Source: Clostridia bacterium
GTDB taxonomy: Bacteria; Bacillota; Clostridia; Oscillospirales; Acutalibacteraceae
Assembly (NCBI GenBank): GCA_017517665.1
Contig: JAFWYP010000060.1
Coordinates: forward strand, 14,759-78,758
DNA length: 64,000 bases
Direction of reading: 5' to 3'
Shown here: positions 7,529 through 17,211 of the stretch, piece by piece
Layout: every line of letters begins with the position of its first letter
How positions within the stretch are numbered: the first letter of the stretch is position 1
Program-made: the position numbers and the translations under genes
The notes under the pieces: model-generated
Databases searched by the model: none
What the model saw: only the letters and a program-made list of their open reading frames with translations
Told to the model about the DNA's origin: nothing

Positions 7529-8201
7529 TGAATATTCAGGAAGAATTAAAGGCATTTCTACTTGAAAAAGGAGTTGCCGATGTCGGTTTTTTCAGGCTTG
7601 AAGAAGGCGAAGAAGCTCTGTCTTACGGAGTGAGTATAGTTGCCCGTCTTTCCGAAAGCATTATCGACGAAATCGAGGATGAACCGACCCATACATATTT
7701 CAATCATTACCGCAATGTCAATGCGTTTATTGATTCAATGCTGCTTCAGGCAGGAATGTTTCTTCAGAGAAAAGGCTATAAATATATAACCGTTGCCGCT
7801 TCACAGAGTATCAACAAAGACGGCTGGAATTACATGGCAAGATTTTCGCATAAAAAAGGAGCCTGCCTTGCGGGACTCGGCTCAATCGGCAGAAATTCTC
7901 TTTTTCTTCATAACGAATACGGCAGTTATGTCCGTCTCGGAACTCTTTTCACGGATTGTCCGTTTGAATGTTACAACACTCTTGCCGAAAGTGTATGTAC
8001 GGGATGTGACATATGCGTAAAGGCTTGTCCCGCAAAGGCGATAAAAGGCGGTGACTGGACTCCCGATACTCCCCGTGAAGAAATATTTGACCCTGAAAAA
8101 TGCAGTCAGTATATGAAAAAACAGTTTCAGCATATCGGCAGAGGCTCTGTCTGCGGAATCTGCATGAAGTCTGTCCCATGAATAAACCAAAAGAGGGATA
8201 A
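7525..8201 (+). CDS. QueG-like 4Fe-4S dicluster protein (epoxyqueuosine reductase family); apparent 1-bp frameshift near the 3' end
   Basis: FSHK..A..AGLG.IGRN, YGSYVRLG and CTGCDICVKACP motifs. The ORF stops at 8181 as CGICMKSVP, but the -1 frame gives CGICMKVCPMNKPKEG* ending at 8201. Confidence 0.78.
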
Positions 8202-8202
8202 T

Positions 8203-8943
8203 ATGAAAACATTTAAGATAGAATTGACAAACCAAAAAGCAAATCTTACCGTGTATCTTCCCGATGCATCACCCGAAATGCCCCGAATGAAGATAAGACC
8301 GGGTATGCTCGTTATTCCCGGCGGCGGTTACCATATGTGTTCGGACCGTGAGGCTGAACCCGTTGCTTTTGCATTTCTTGCAAAGGGTTATGCGGCGTTT
8401 GTTCTTCGCTACACCGTCGGACCTGAAAAAGAGGGTTATGATTTCTCCATGCCCATGGCTGATGTCAATGAAGCGATGAGAATTATTCACGAGAATGCCG
8501 AAGAATGGAGCGTTGACAAAGAGAAAATCGCCTCAATCGGTTTTTCTGCAGGCGGACATCTCTGCGCTGCGGTTTCAACAATGGGCGATATCCGACCCAA
8601 CGCAAGCGTACTTATTTATCCCTGTATTCTTGATTCAATCAGCAGAATTCTTGCTTTCCCCGTTCCTTCGCTTGATAAAGAGGTTGATGATAAAACGCCT
8701 CCTGCAATCATAATTGCGTCTTGTGAAGATAACTGTGTGCCTATTGAGAATTCGCTTGCATATGCAACTGCGCTTGAAAAAGCAAAAATTCCTTTTGAAA
8801 TACATATCTATGAAAAAGGATATCACGGCTTCTCTCTTGCTGACCACACTGTTTATTCAAAAACAGAGGAAGAATATAATGCACACCTCAAAGGATGGTT
8901 TGAGCTTGTTTCAAACTGGCTTTATAAGAAATTTGAACTTTAA
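8203..8943 (+). CDS. Alpha/beta hydrolase (esterase/lipase)
   Basis: PGGGY oxyanion motif, GFSAGG nucleophile, Asp (EDNCVP) and HGFSL. Confidence 0.88.
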   Translation: MKTFKIELTNQKANLTVYLPDASPEMPRMKIRPGMLVIPGGGYHMCSDREAEPVAFAFLAKGYAAFVLRYTVGPEKEGYDFSMPMADVNEAMRIIHENAEEWSVDKEKIASIGFSAGGHLCAAVSTMGDIRPNASVLIYPCILDSISRILAFPVPSLDKEVDDKTPPAIIIASCEDNCVPIENSLAYATALEKAKIPFEIHIYEKGYHGFSLADHTVYSKTEEEYNAHLKGWFELVSNWLYKKFEL

Positions 8944-8989
8944 AATATCCCCCTTGATTTTGGAACACACCAAAACCAAGGGGGATATT
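8944..8989. terminator. Long palindrome, bidirectional terminator; related to the 2619-2662 palindrome
   Basis: AATATCCCCCTTGATTTTGG-AACACA-CCAAAACCAAGGGGGATATT (20-bp arms, one mismatch). Confidence 0.8.
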
Positions 8990-8990
8990 A

Positions 8991-9854
8991 TCATTTTGCG
9001 GTTACACCGTGATTTACGGTTGTTGTTATAAAAACGTTCGGACAGATTTTTTTGAGTTCTTCTGCGCAGTTTTCTGCATTTTCTTTGTTTTCAAAGAGTG
9101 CGAAAACAGTCGGTCCGCTGCCACTCATCTGACAGAGTGCGCATCCGTGTTTTCTCATGATTTCCTTGAATTCAACTCTTTCGGCAACCTCAATTACCTG
9201 CTCGAAAACGTTGCCTGCATACTTGCAAATGCCTTCAAAATCTCCTTTTTCGCAGGCGTCGAGCATTCTCGTGCTGTCGGGCTTGTAAAGATATGTGCTA
9301 TCTGCCGCCGCATAGGCTTCGGCGGTTGAGACGCCCGATTCGGGTTTTGCAAGAACAATAAAGCAGTCCTTTAAAGGTTCGAGAGGAGAGAGGACACCGC
9401 CCGTATTCTGTGAAAGACAGGTTCCGCCTTTGATGCAAAACGGAACATCGCTTCCGACCAAAAGACCTGTTTTGCAAAGCTCATATTCGCTTAAGTTTGT
9501 TTCATAGAGCTTATCGAGGGCAACGATAACTGCCGCAGCGTCGGCACTTCCGCCTGCAAGACCTGCCGCAAACGGTATTCTTTTTTCTATGTGAATTTTA
9601 ACATTCGGTTCAATACCATATTTTTTGCAGAATGCCGCAGCCGCTTTATATGCAATGTTTTTTTCATCGCACGGAAGTTTTTCTTCCGAACAGGTGAGAA
9701 AAATACCGTTTTCTTCGGTTTTTTCAACGGTTACGGTGTCGTAAAGTCCGACGGTCTGCATAACCATAAAAAGGCTGTGATATCCGTTGTCGAGTTTTCC
9801 GATTATATCAAGAAAAAGATTGATTTTTGCAGGGGCATTAACGGTTATTTTCAT
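8991..9854 (-). CDS. ispE: 4-diphosphocytidyl-2-C-methyl-D-erythritol kinase
   Basis: APAKINLFL, KRIPFAAGLAGGSADAAA, GSDVPF and MSGSGPTVF motifs. Confidence 0.96.
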   Translation of the reverse strand: MKITVNAPAKINLFLDIIGKLDNGYHSLFMVMQTVGLYDTVTVEKTEENGIFLTCSEEKLPCDEKNIAYKAAAAFCKKYGIEPNVKIHIEKRIPFAAGLAGGSADAAAVIVALDKLYETNLSEYELCKTGLLVGSDVPFCIKGGTCLSQNTGGVLSPLEPLKDCFIVLAKPESGVSTAEAYAAADSTYLYKPDSTRMLDACEKGDFEGICKYAGNVFEQVIEVAERVEFKEIMRKHGCALCQMSGSGPTVFALFENKENAENCAEELKKICPNVFITTTVNHGVTAK

Positions 9855-9866
9855 AAAGTTGCCTCC

Positions 9867-10685
9867 TTATTCAATGGGAATGAGTGTGGGTGTTCTTCCT
9901 TGATAAACCGCAACCTTGTCAAAGCCGCATTTAAGAGCAAGCTCATAGCCTTGCTCTATTCCGGCGCCGAGATGCTCTGCATAATGCGCATCCGAGCCGA
10001 TTGTTATAAGCTTTCCGCCGAGTTCTTTGTATCTTCTGACAATGCTTTCGTCCGGAGAAGTGATTCCTATCGGCTGTCGAAGACCTGCGGTGTTTATTTC
10101 AAGAGCGGTTTTGTTCTTTATAAGTGTTAACAGAATTTCGTCGATTATCTCTGAAAAACATGACATATCAACGCTTTTTCCGTATTTGCCGACGATATAT
10201 CTCAAAGGATAGGTGAGGTGCGCGAGAGTGTCGAATTTTGCCCATTCGGCAAGCTTTAATTCGCACTCAAAATATTGGCGGAGCAAATCCGTGTAGTCAA
10301 TATTTTCGTCGCTGAAATCCATGTAGTAGAAATCCTGCATTTCGGGAAGATTGTGAATTGCACCGATAATGAAATCGTAATTCATCATTTCAACAAGCTT
10401 TTCCGAAACGGGTTTATTGTATATTGCCTGACCCAATTCCGCACCGACGCAAACCATAAGCTTGCCGCTGAATGCCGAACGGGCTTTTGCAACCTCAAAA
10501 TATGACTGGATTGCAGTACGGTCAAAATTTCCTTTATAAAAGCCGTCCATTTCAAGGTGGTCGGTAAAAGCAATTGCTCTCAGACCCCTCATGCAGGCGG
10601 TTTCGCAAAGGTACATTGTTGAATGATGCCCGTCGAATGAATTGTCGGTATGAGTATGTAAGTCCACAAGATTTCTGAATGCCAT
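9867..10685 (-). CDS. Histidinol-phosphatase HisJ/HisK family (PHP domain)
   Basis: DLHTHT..SFDG, AFTDH, LAHL, LEINT and IGSDAH motifs; GAGGTG RBS before ATG 10685. Confidence 0.85.
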   Translation of the reverse strand: MAFRNLVDLHTHTDNSFDGHHSTMYLCETACMRGLRAIAFTDHLEMDGFYKGNFDRTAIQSYFEVAKARSAFSGKLMVCVGAELGQAIYNKPVSEKLVEMMNYDFIIGAIHNLPEMQDFYYMDFSDENIDYTDLLRQYFECELKLAEWAKFDTLAHLTYPLRYIVGKYGKSVDMSCFSEIIDEILLTLIKNKTALEINTAGLRQPIGITSPDESIVRRYKELGGKLITIGSDAHYAEHLGAGIEQGYELALKCGFDKVAVYQGRTPTLIPIE

Positions 10686-10801
10686 GAATTTCACCTCTTA
10701 TTATATAATACCATATATTTTCAGTTTGCAACAGATAAAATTAAAAAAATATTGTGAAACATATTAAAATATGATAAAATATCAAAAAAGGGGGCACGGA
10801 A

Positions 10802-11656
10802 ATGAAAATTATCGTTACAGGCTCAAAGGGTCAGCTCGGCACGGATGTTGTTTGTGAACTTCATAAAAACGGCATTGAAGCCATAGGTACAGATCTTCCC
10901 GAGCTTGATATAACCGATTCGGATGCGGTTGAGAGCTTTATTTCTCAAAGCGGAGCCGACGCTGTTATTCATTGTGCCGCTTTTACAAATGTTGATATAG
11001 CCGAAACAAACAAGGAAATCTGCCGCAGAGTCAATGTTGACGGCACTCGGAACATTGCCCGTTCATGCGCAAGGCATGAGATAAAAATGCTTTATATAAG
11101 CACGGATTATGTTTTCAGCGGCGAAGGAAATGCTCCTTTTGAAACGGACTGTCCCACAATGCCCTGCAATTATTACGGAGAATCAAAGCTTGAGGGTGAA
11201 AAAGCCGTATCCGAAAATTGCGGGAAATATTTCATAGTCCGGATTTCATGGGTTTTCGGCGAAAACGGCAAGAACTTCGTTAAAACCATGCTCCGTCTTT
11301 CAAAAGAAAGAAAAGAAATAACCGTTGTGAATGACCAGATTGGCTCTCCCACTTACACAAAAGACCTTTCAAAGCTTCTTTGCAACATGATTGTAACGGA
11401 TAAATACGGAGTATATCATGCCACAAATGAAGGCTTCTGCAGCTGGGCGGAGTTTGCCTCAAAGATTATGGAGCTTTCTGGCGCGGAGACAAAAATCATT
11501 CCCGTGACAAGTGCGGAATACAAGTCAGTTGCCAAAAGACCTTCAAATTCCAGACTTTCCAAAAAAAGCCTTGATATCGGCAGCTTTGAACGGTTGCCGC
11601 ATTGGCAGAATGCACTTGAAAGATATCTGGATAATTTACCCGATAATATTAATTAA
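10802..11656 (+). CDS. rfbD: dTDP-4-dehydrorhamnose reductase
   Basis: TGSKGQLG, HCAAFTNVD, ISTDYVF, YGESK and DQIGSPTYT motifs. Confidence 0.95.
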   Translation: MKIIVTGSKGQLGTDVVCELHKNGIEAIGTDLPELDITDSDAVESFISQSGADAVIHCAAFTNVDIAETNKEICRRVNVDGTRNIARSCARHEIKMLYISTDYVFSGEGNAPFETDCPTMPCNYYGESKLEGEKAVSENCGKYFIVRISWVFGENGKNFVKTMLRLSKERKEITVVNDQIGSPTYTKDLSKLLCNMIVTDKYGVYHATNEGFCSWAEFASKIMELSGAETKIIPVTSAEYKSVAKRPSNSRLSKKSLDIGSFERLPHWQNALERYLDNLPDNIN

Positions 11657-11699
11657 ATGTAAATTAAACCTGCACCTTCATTATTTTTCTTTTTCAGAC

Positions 11700-11728
11700 T
11701 TGTAATGAGGTGCGTTTTATATTATAAT
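11700..11728 (+). promoter_or_regulatory. sigmaA promoter of the M23 peptidase gene, overlapping a hairpin (11672-11713) after rfbD
   Basis: TTGTAA-N17-TATAAT. Confidence 0.55.
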
Positions 11729-11761
11729 GTAACATATTAAAATGGAAAGGAGCGGCTGATT

Positions 11762-13993
11762 ATGAGCGAAGAAATCAAAAAAGAGAATCCGAACGGTAAA
11801 AACAGCCGCCCAGATTCCCGTGATAGTGTAATCGACGGTTTTTATGACCTTAACAGCATTTATAACAAGCAAACAAAAAAGAAACCCGTAAGGTCAAGAG
11901 AAGAAGAACTTCGTTTGAAAGAGGAAAGACTTAAACGCAAAGAAGAAGAACGAAGAAAGCTTGAAATGCAGGCGATAAGGGAGGATATCGAAAGAAGATA
12001 TTCTCTCCAGCTCGAGGATGCACAAAGTAAGATTGAGCCTGAAAAAAAGAAAGAAAAGCTCACTTCCATCAGTAGGCATATTCTTCCTGAAATTGATGAA
12101 CGTGAGGTTGTACGCGAAGAGCTCGAGCATATTGATAAACTCATAAGTGGGGACAAGCCTTCTGAACCCGAATTACCCGAAATAAAAAAGACCGTTAAAA
12201 AGAAAAAGAAGAAGAAAACTGTGAAATCCGAACCGGTTGCAGAGTATGATTTGTCCGAAGAAAATGCGTTTTATTCGCTTTTCTATTGTTTCGGTAATTC
12301 GATTTGTTCTGTGATTGGTATTGTTTTCGGGTTTGTATTTAAGATAATAAAAGCTCCTTTCTCACGTATTTACAAAGCGTTTTCCAATGCGACTGAAAGC
12401 ACAAAAAAGAGTGTCCGTAACCGTATGACGTCAACTCTCAAGGAAATCGTTCATTTCCGCAAAGAAATAAGAAATGCGGGAAAAACAATAAAAAAAGCAT
12501 TCAGAAAACCGCTTACGCTTCCTGCGGTTTTAATGCATTATTTTAAAAAGGCATTTCGCCGCCATGATAATCTGCTGAAAACATTTTTTAATTACCTTAT
12601 GCCCATTGCGGCGTTGGCGGTGTTTCTGATAACCGTAAATTATTGGAACGGCGTAACCTTTGCTCTTGAAGTTATTTATAACGGACAAAGTCTTGGCTAT
12701 ATCAGCGATGAGTCGGTTTATATTGAAGCCAAAGACCTTGTCAAAGAGCGACTCAATTCAGGCGCATACGATACCGAAAGCGTTGATGTTACTCTTGCCG
12801 CTGCTCCTGCGGCAGACCTTAACAATGCACAGTATTCGCTAAGTCTTGTTTCTCTTGATGAGCTTAATGATGCTCAGGCTATTTCCGATAAGATGATCGA
12901 AAACTCTGTTGATAATCTTACTCATGCCTGCGGAGTTTATATTGACGGCGAATTTATTTGTGCCGTTAAGAACGAAGCTGATGCAAAGACTGTTTTTTAT
13001 GATTATCTTGCACCGTACGAAGCTGAGGCGAAGGCTCAGAACTATGTTGTAGGTTTTGCGGAAAACATAGATTATGTTCAGGGTCTTTACAGAGATAACG
13101 TAAGCGTTATGTGGGACGCAAACAGACTTACGGATGCAATAAAAGGAACAGACGGTCAGGATAAAACACATATTGTTTCTTCCGATGATTCTCTCGAATC
13201 TGTTGCTGTTTATTACGGTGTTTCCGAAGAATATATCAGAACTCTCAATCCGGGGATTGATTGGGAAAACCTTAAACCCGGTGAGATTATCAAGGTTGAA
13301 AAAAGCGAAAATTCAGAAAAGCTTGTAAGCATTAAAAAAATTATAACAACAACCAGTGTCAGAGAAATAGAATTCGATACCGTTACAAGACGAGATGCCA
13401 CAAAGTACAGCGGTTACAGACAGGTTACGCAGGAAGGTGTCAACGGTACGGAAAGAGTTACAAAGACTCAGATTTATATTGACGGAAAGCTTGACGATAC
13501 GAATTATGACTACGAAACCGTCAAAGAGCCCGTGGACGAAATCGTTGTTGTCGGAACAAAAACGTCGTATAACGGTGTTTATATCGGTTCGGCTTCAAAG
13601 AAAGGTTTCCTCTGGCCTGCACCGAGCTGTCATTATGTAAGCTCGGCATACGGCTGGCGAAGCAGAGGCTGGCACAAGGGTATAGACCTTGTTAAATCGG
13701 GAGGCGGTGCTCTCGGAACTCCCGTTATCGCTTCCAGAAGCGGCAGGGTAGAGGTTGTTCAGCGAAGCAACTCGGGCTACGGCAATATGATTCTTATCAA
13801 TCACGGTGACGGATATAAGACAAGATATGCCCATATGGTTTCAGGCTCAATGACTGTTTCCGTCGGCGATTATGTTGATGCGGGTCAGACTATAGGTAAG
13901 GTTGGCTCAACAGGTAACTCAACGGGTCCGCATCTTCACTTTGAAGTTATTTATAACGGTGAAACCTATAACCCCGCAAACTATATTTATTAA
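11762..13993 (+). CDS. Membrane-anchored peptidoglycan endopeptidase (LysM + G5 + M23)
   Basis: TM segment, LysM (HIVSSDDSLESVA...LNP), G5 (QEGVNG...EPVDEIVVVGTK), and M23 HKGID and HLHFEV. Confidence 0.9.
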   Translation: MSEEIKKENPNGKNSRPDSRDSVIDGFYDLNSIYNKQTKKKPVRSREEELRLKEERLKRKEEERRKLEMQAIREDIERRYSLQLEDAQSKIEPEKKKEKLTSISRHILPEIDEREVVREELEHIDKLISGDKPSEPELPEIKKTVKKKKKKKTVKSEPVAEYDLSEENAFYSLFYCFGNSICSVIGIVFGFVFKIIKAPFSRIYKAFSNATESTKKSVRNRMTSTLKEIVHFRKEIRNAGKTIKKAFRKPLTLPAVLMHYFKKAFRRHDNLLKTFFNYLMPIAALAVFLITVNYWNGVTFALEVIYNGQSLGYISDESVYIEAKDLVKERLNSGAYDTESVDVTLAAAPAADLNNAQYSLSLVSLDELNDAQAISDKMIENSVDNLTHACGVYIDGEFICAVKNEADAKTVFYDYLAPYEAEAKAQNYVVGFAENIDYVQGLYRDNVSVMWDANRLTDAIKGTDGQDKTHIVSSDDSLESVAVYYGVSEEYIRTLNPGIDWENLKPGEIIKVEKSENSEKLVSIKKIITTTSVREIEFDTVTRRDATKYSGYRQVTQEGVNGTERVTKTQIYIDGKLDDTNYDYETVKEPVDEIVVVGTKTSYNGVYIGSASKKGFLWPAPSCHYVSSAYGWRSRGWHKGIDLVKSGGGALGTPVIASRSGRVEVVQRSNSGYGNMILINHGDGYKTRYAHMVSGSMTVSVGDYVDAGQTIGKVGSTGNSTGPHLHFEVIYNGETYNPANYIY

Positions 13994-14003
13994 TAAAAAC
14001 AAA

Positions 14004-14040
14004 TCCGCTCGGTGCGATGATGCATCGGGCGGAATTTTTT
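14004..14040 (+). terminator. Intrinsic terminator
   Basis: TCCGCTCGGTGC...GCATCGGGCGGA followed by ATTTTTT. Confidence 0.8.
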
Positions 14041-14102
14041 GTATGATAATGATTATATCGGTGAATAATATAATTGCTACATTTAAAAACGGAGGAAATT
14101 TC

Positions 14103-15467
14103 ATGAAAAAAATTATTTCGGTTGTTTCGGCCATGGCGATTTTGCTTTGTATGTTCACCGCTTGCAACGGAAACGGCAACACGGATAAAACGAACTCCCC
14201 ATCGGGAAATAACCAGACCGTAAAGGAAATCCGATATCTTAATTTCAAACCCGAAATAGCAGAAGCTTATGATGAGATTGCCGCAGAATATAAAAAAGAA
14301 ACGGGTATAAATCTTATTGTTGAAACTGCCGCATCGGGCACTTATGAATCAACTCTGACCGCAAGAATGGCAACGAGCGAAGCTCCTACAATTTTTCAGG
14401 TTAATGGACCTATAGGTTATACCTCATGGGCGGAATACTGCGCGGATTTGACTGATACAGAGCTTTATAAGCATCTTACAGATAAAACGCTTGCAGTCAC
14501 CTCAAACGGAAGGGTTTACGGCATTCCCTATGTCGTTGAGGGCTACGGAATTATTTATAACAAAAAAATCCTCGATAATTATTTTGCATTGCCCGAAAAA
14601 GCAACGGAATATAATTCTGCCGATGAGATAACAAGCTTCAATGCGCTCAAAGCGGTTGTTGAGGATATGCAGAAAAACAAGGATAAGCTCGGGATTCAGG
14701 GGGTTTTTGCCGCAACATCTCTCAAAACTGGTGAGGACTGGAGATGGCAGACCCACCTTATGAATATCCCTCTCTCAATCGAATTCCGTGACAAAGGCAT
14801 AGATTTTACGGGTGAAGGGTATAAAACGATTGATTTCAATTATTCAGATAATTTTAAAAATATATTTGACCTTTATATCAATAATTCAACTACCGACAAA
14901 AAGCAACTCGGCACTCTTGATGTAACATCATCCATGGCTGAATTTGCACTCGGAAAATGTGCCATGGTGCAAAACGGAAACTGGGGTGCATCACAGATTC
15001 TCGGTGTTTCGGGCAATAAGGTTTCTGCAGAAGATATAAAATTCATGCCGATATATATGGGAATTCCGGGCGAAGAAAACACGGGAATATGCATCGGTAC
15101 GGAGAATTTTTTCTGCATCAATGAAAAAGCGAGCGATGCCGAGAAAAAAGCGGCGGAGGATTTTCTTTATTGGCTTTTCAGCTCGGAAAAAGGAAAGAAG
15201 CTTGTAACAGAAAAGCTTGGATTTATTTCTCCGTTTGATACTTTTTCGCAGGACGAATCTCCCGATGACCCTCTTGCAAGAGAAATTGTAAAATGGATGA
15301 ATAAGGATAATATCACAAATATTCCGTGGAATTTTACTGTTTTTCCGAGTGTTCATTATAAGGACAAATACGGTGCGGCCCTTCTCAAATATGCTCAGGG
15401 AAGCATAACATGGGATGATGTTAAAAAAGTTGCCGTTGAGGAATGGAAGAGGGAATTCGGGGCATAA
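14103..15467 (+). CDS. Carbohydrate ABC transporter substrate-binding lipoprotein (MsmE-like)
   Basis: GGAGG RBS before ATG 14103, lipobox FTAC, and YLNFKPE, GIPYVVEGYGIIYNK and QNGNW motifs. Confidence 0.9.
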   Translation: MKKIISVVSAMAILLCMFTACNGNGNTDKTNSPSGNNQTVKEIRYLNFKPEIAEAYDEIAAEYKKETGINLIVETAASGTYESTLTARMATSEAPTIFQVNGPIGYTSWAEYCADLTDTELYKHLTDKTLAVTSNGRVYGIPYVVEGYGIIYNKKILDNYFALPEKATEYNSADEITSFNALKAVVEDMQKNKDKLGIQGVFAATSLKTGEDWRWQTHLMNIPLSIEFRDKGIDFTGEGYKTIDFNYSDNFKNIFDLYINNSTTDKKQLGTLDVTSSMAEFALGKCAMVQNGNWGASQILGVSGNKVSAEDIKFMPIYMGIPGEENTGICIGTENFFCINEKASDAEKKAAEDFLYWLFSSEKGKKLVTEKLGFISPFDTFSQDESPDDPLAREIVKWMNKDNITNIPWNFTVFPSVHYKDKYGAALLKYAQGSITWDDVKKVAVEEWKREFGA

Positions 15468-15509
15468 TTTTATCAGTAACAGAGTTCATCTGTCCCCGGA
15501 GCTGATAAA

Positions 15510-16364
15510 ATGTATAAAACACTAAAAAAATATTTTCCTGTTTTTGTTATACCGACCCTTGCCGCTTTTGCGATTTCTTTTGCCGTCCCGTTTGTAATGG
15601 GAGTTTATCTTTCATTCACGGAATTCAAAATTGTCAGCGAAAGCAATTGGGTCGGTCTTGCAAACTACATCAGAATATTCACAACAGATGAAACCTTTTT
15701 GTATTCTCTTTGGTTAACCGTTAAATTCACCGTTGTTTCGGTTATAACGGTCAATATCATAGCATTCTCAATCGCTTTGCTTTTAACCAAAGGACTTAAA
15801 GGAACAAATATTTTCAGAACTGTGTTTTTTGTGCCGAATCTTATCGGCGGAATAGTTCTCGGTCATATCTGGAGTCTGATAATCAACGGTGTGCTCGGAT
15901 ATTTCGGAGTTGATATCACCTATAATCCTGATTACGGTTTCTGGGGGCTTGTTGTTCTTATGAACTGGCAGCTTATCGGATATATGATGATTATCTATAT
16001 TGCGGGAATACAGAATATCCCCGATAACCTTAATGAAGCGGCGGCAATTGACGGTGCATCGCATTTTCAGACGCTCATTCATGTTACCGTGCCCATGGTT
16101 ATGCCGTCTGTCACAATTTGCACATTTCTGACGCTCACAAACTCGTTCAAGCTTTTTGACCAGAACCTTGCACTCAACGGAAAAGCCCCCGAAAGCTCTC
16201 TTCTTGCACTTGATATTTATAAAACCTTCTATGACCATACGGGCTTAAAGCTTGCACAGTGGCACGGCATGGGTCAGGCTAAAGCGGTAGTGTTTTTTCT
16301 GCTTGTTGCACTTATTGCCTATGTTCAGCTTCGTGCAACGCGCCAAAAGGAGGTTGAGCATTGA
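15510..16364 (+). CDS. Carbohydrate ABC transporter permease
   Basis: EAAAIDGAS EAA motif; multiple TM segments. Confidence 0.92.
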   Translation: MYKTLKKYFPVFVIPTLAAFAISFAVPFVMGVYLSFTEFKIVSESNWVGLANYIRIFTTDETFLYSLWLTVKFTVVSVITVNIIAFSIALLLTKGLKGTNIFRTVFFVPNLIGGIVLGHIWSLIINGVLGYFGVDITYNPDYGFWGLVVLMNWQLIGYMMIIYIAGIQNIPDNLNEAAAIDGASHFQTLIHVTVPMVMPSVTICTFLTLTNSFKLFDQNLALNGKAPESSLLALDIYKTFYDHTGLKLAQWHGMGQAKAVVFFLLVALIAYVQLRATRQKEVEH

Positions 16365-17206
16365 TGAAATCAAGAGGTTCATTCGGCAGGGGATTGGTTT
16401 ATGTCCTTTTGTTTCTTATAGCCGTTGTATTCCTTGCGCCGATAGTGATTATTCTCATTAATTCGCTCAAAGGTAATTTTTATATATCATCATCACCGTT
16501 TACTTTCCCTACGGAAGAAACGTTTGTCGGCTTTGAAAATTTTATAAAAGGCTTTAATCAGTCGGATTTTATGCGCTCATTTGCAAATTCCGCATTTATC
16601 ACGGTTGCATCGGTTGTCGGAATAGTTCTTATGACTTCGATGACTGCTTGGTATATTGTGCGCATAAGGAATAAATTTACGAGGATTCTTTATTATCTGT
16701 TTGTGTTCAGCATGGTTGTGCCGTTTCAGATGGTTATGTACACAATGACCTATTTTGCCTTTGAATTCAGGCTTAATAATCCCTGGGGTATAGTTTTTAT
16801 TTATCTCGGCTTCGGTGCGGGTCTATCTGTTTTTATGTTCAGCGGATTCATAAAAAGCATTCCGCGTGAAATTGAAGAAGCTGCAACGATTGACGGCTGC
16901 GGACCTGTAAGAACCTTTTTCACGATTATTTTTCCCATTCTTAAACCGACGGCGATAACCGTTGCCATTCTGAACGCTATGTGGATATGGAATGACTATC
17001 TTCTGCCGTATCTTGTTCTCGGTTCGGGAGAAAACAAAACCCTGCCCGTTGCCGTGCAGATGGCACTTACGGGAGGCTACGGCAACAAGGATATGGGTGC
17101 ACTTATGGCTATGCTTGTTTTGGCAATACTGCCGATTATTATTTTCTATCTTTTCTGCCAGAAATATATTATTCGAGGCGTTGTGGCAGGCGCGGTGAAA
17201 GGATAA
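16361..17206 (+). CDS. Carbohydrate ABC transporter permease
   Basis: [23 protein letters not shown] and GAVKG terminus. Confidence 0.92.
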   Translation: MMKSRGSFGRGLVYVLLFLIAVVFLAPIVIILINSLKGNFYISSSPFTFPTEETFVGFENFIKGFNQSDFMRSFANSAFITVASVVGIVLMTSMTAWYIVRIRNKFTRILYYLFVFSMVVPFQMVMYTMTYFAFEFRLNNPWGIVFIYLGFGAGLSVFMFSGFIKSIPREIEEAATIDGCGPVRTFFTIIFPILKPTAITVAILNAMWIWNDYLLPYLVLGSGENKTLPVAVQMALTGGYGNKDMGALMAMLVLAILPIIIFYLFCQKYIIRGVVAGAVKG

Positions 17207-17211
17207 AAACT

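Noticed and set aside
10802-11656. Isolated rfbD as part of a polysaccharide locus
   Set aside because: No other rml or glycosyltransferase genes are nearby, and separated rfbD genes are not unusual.
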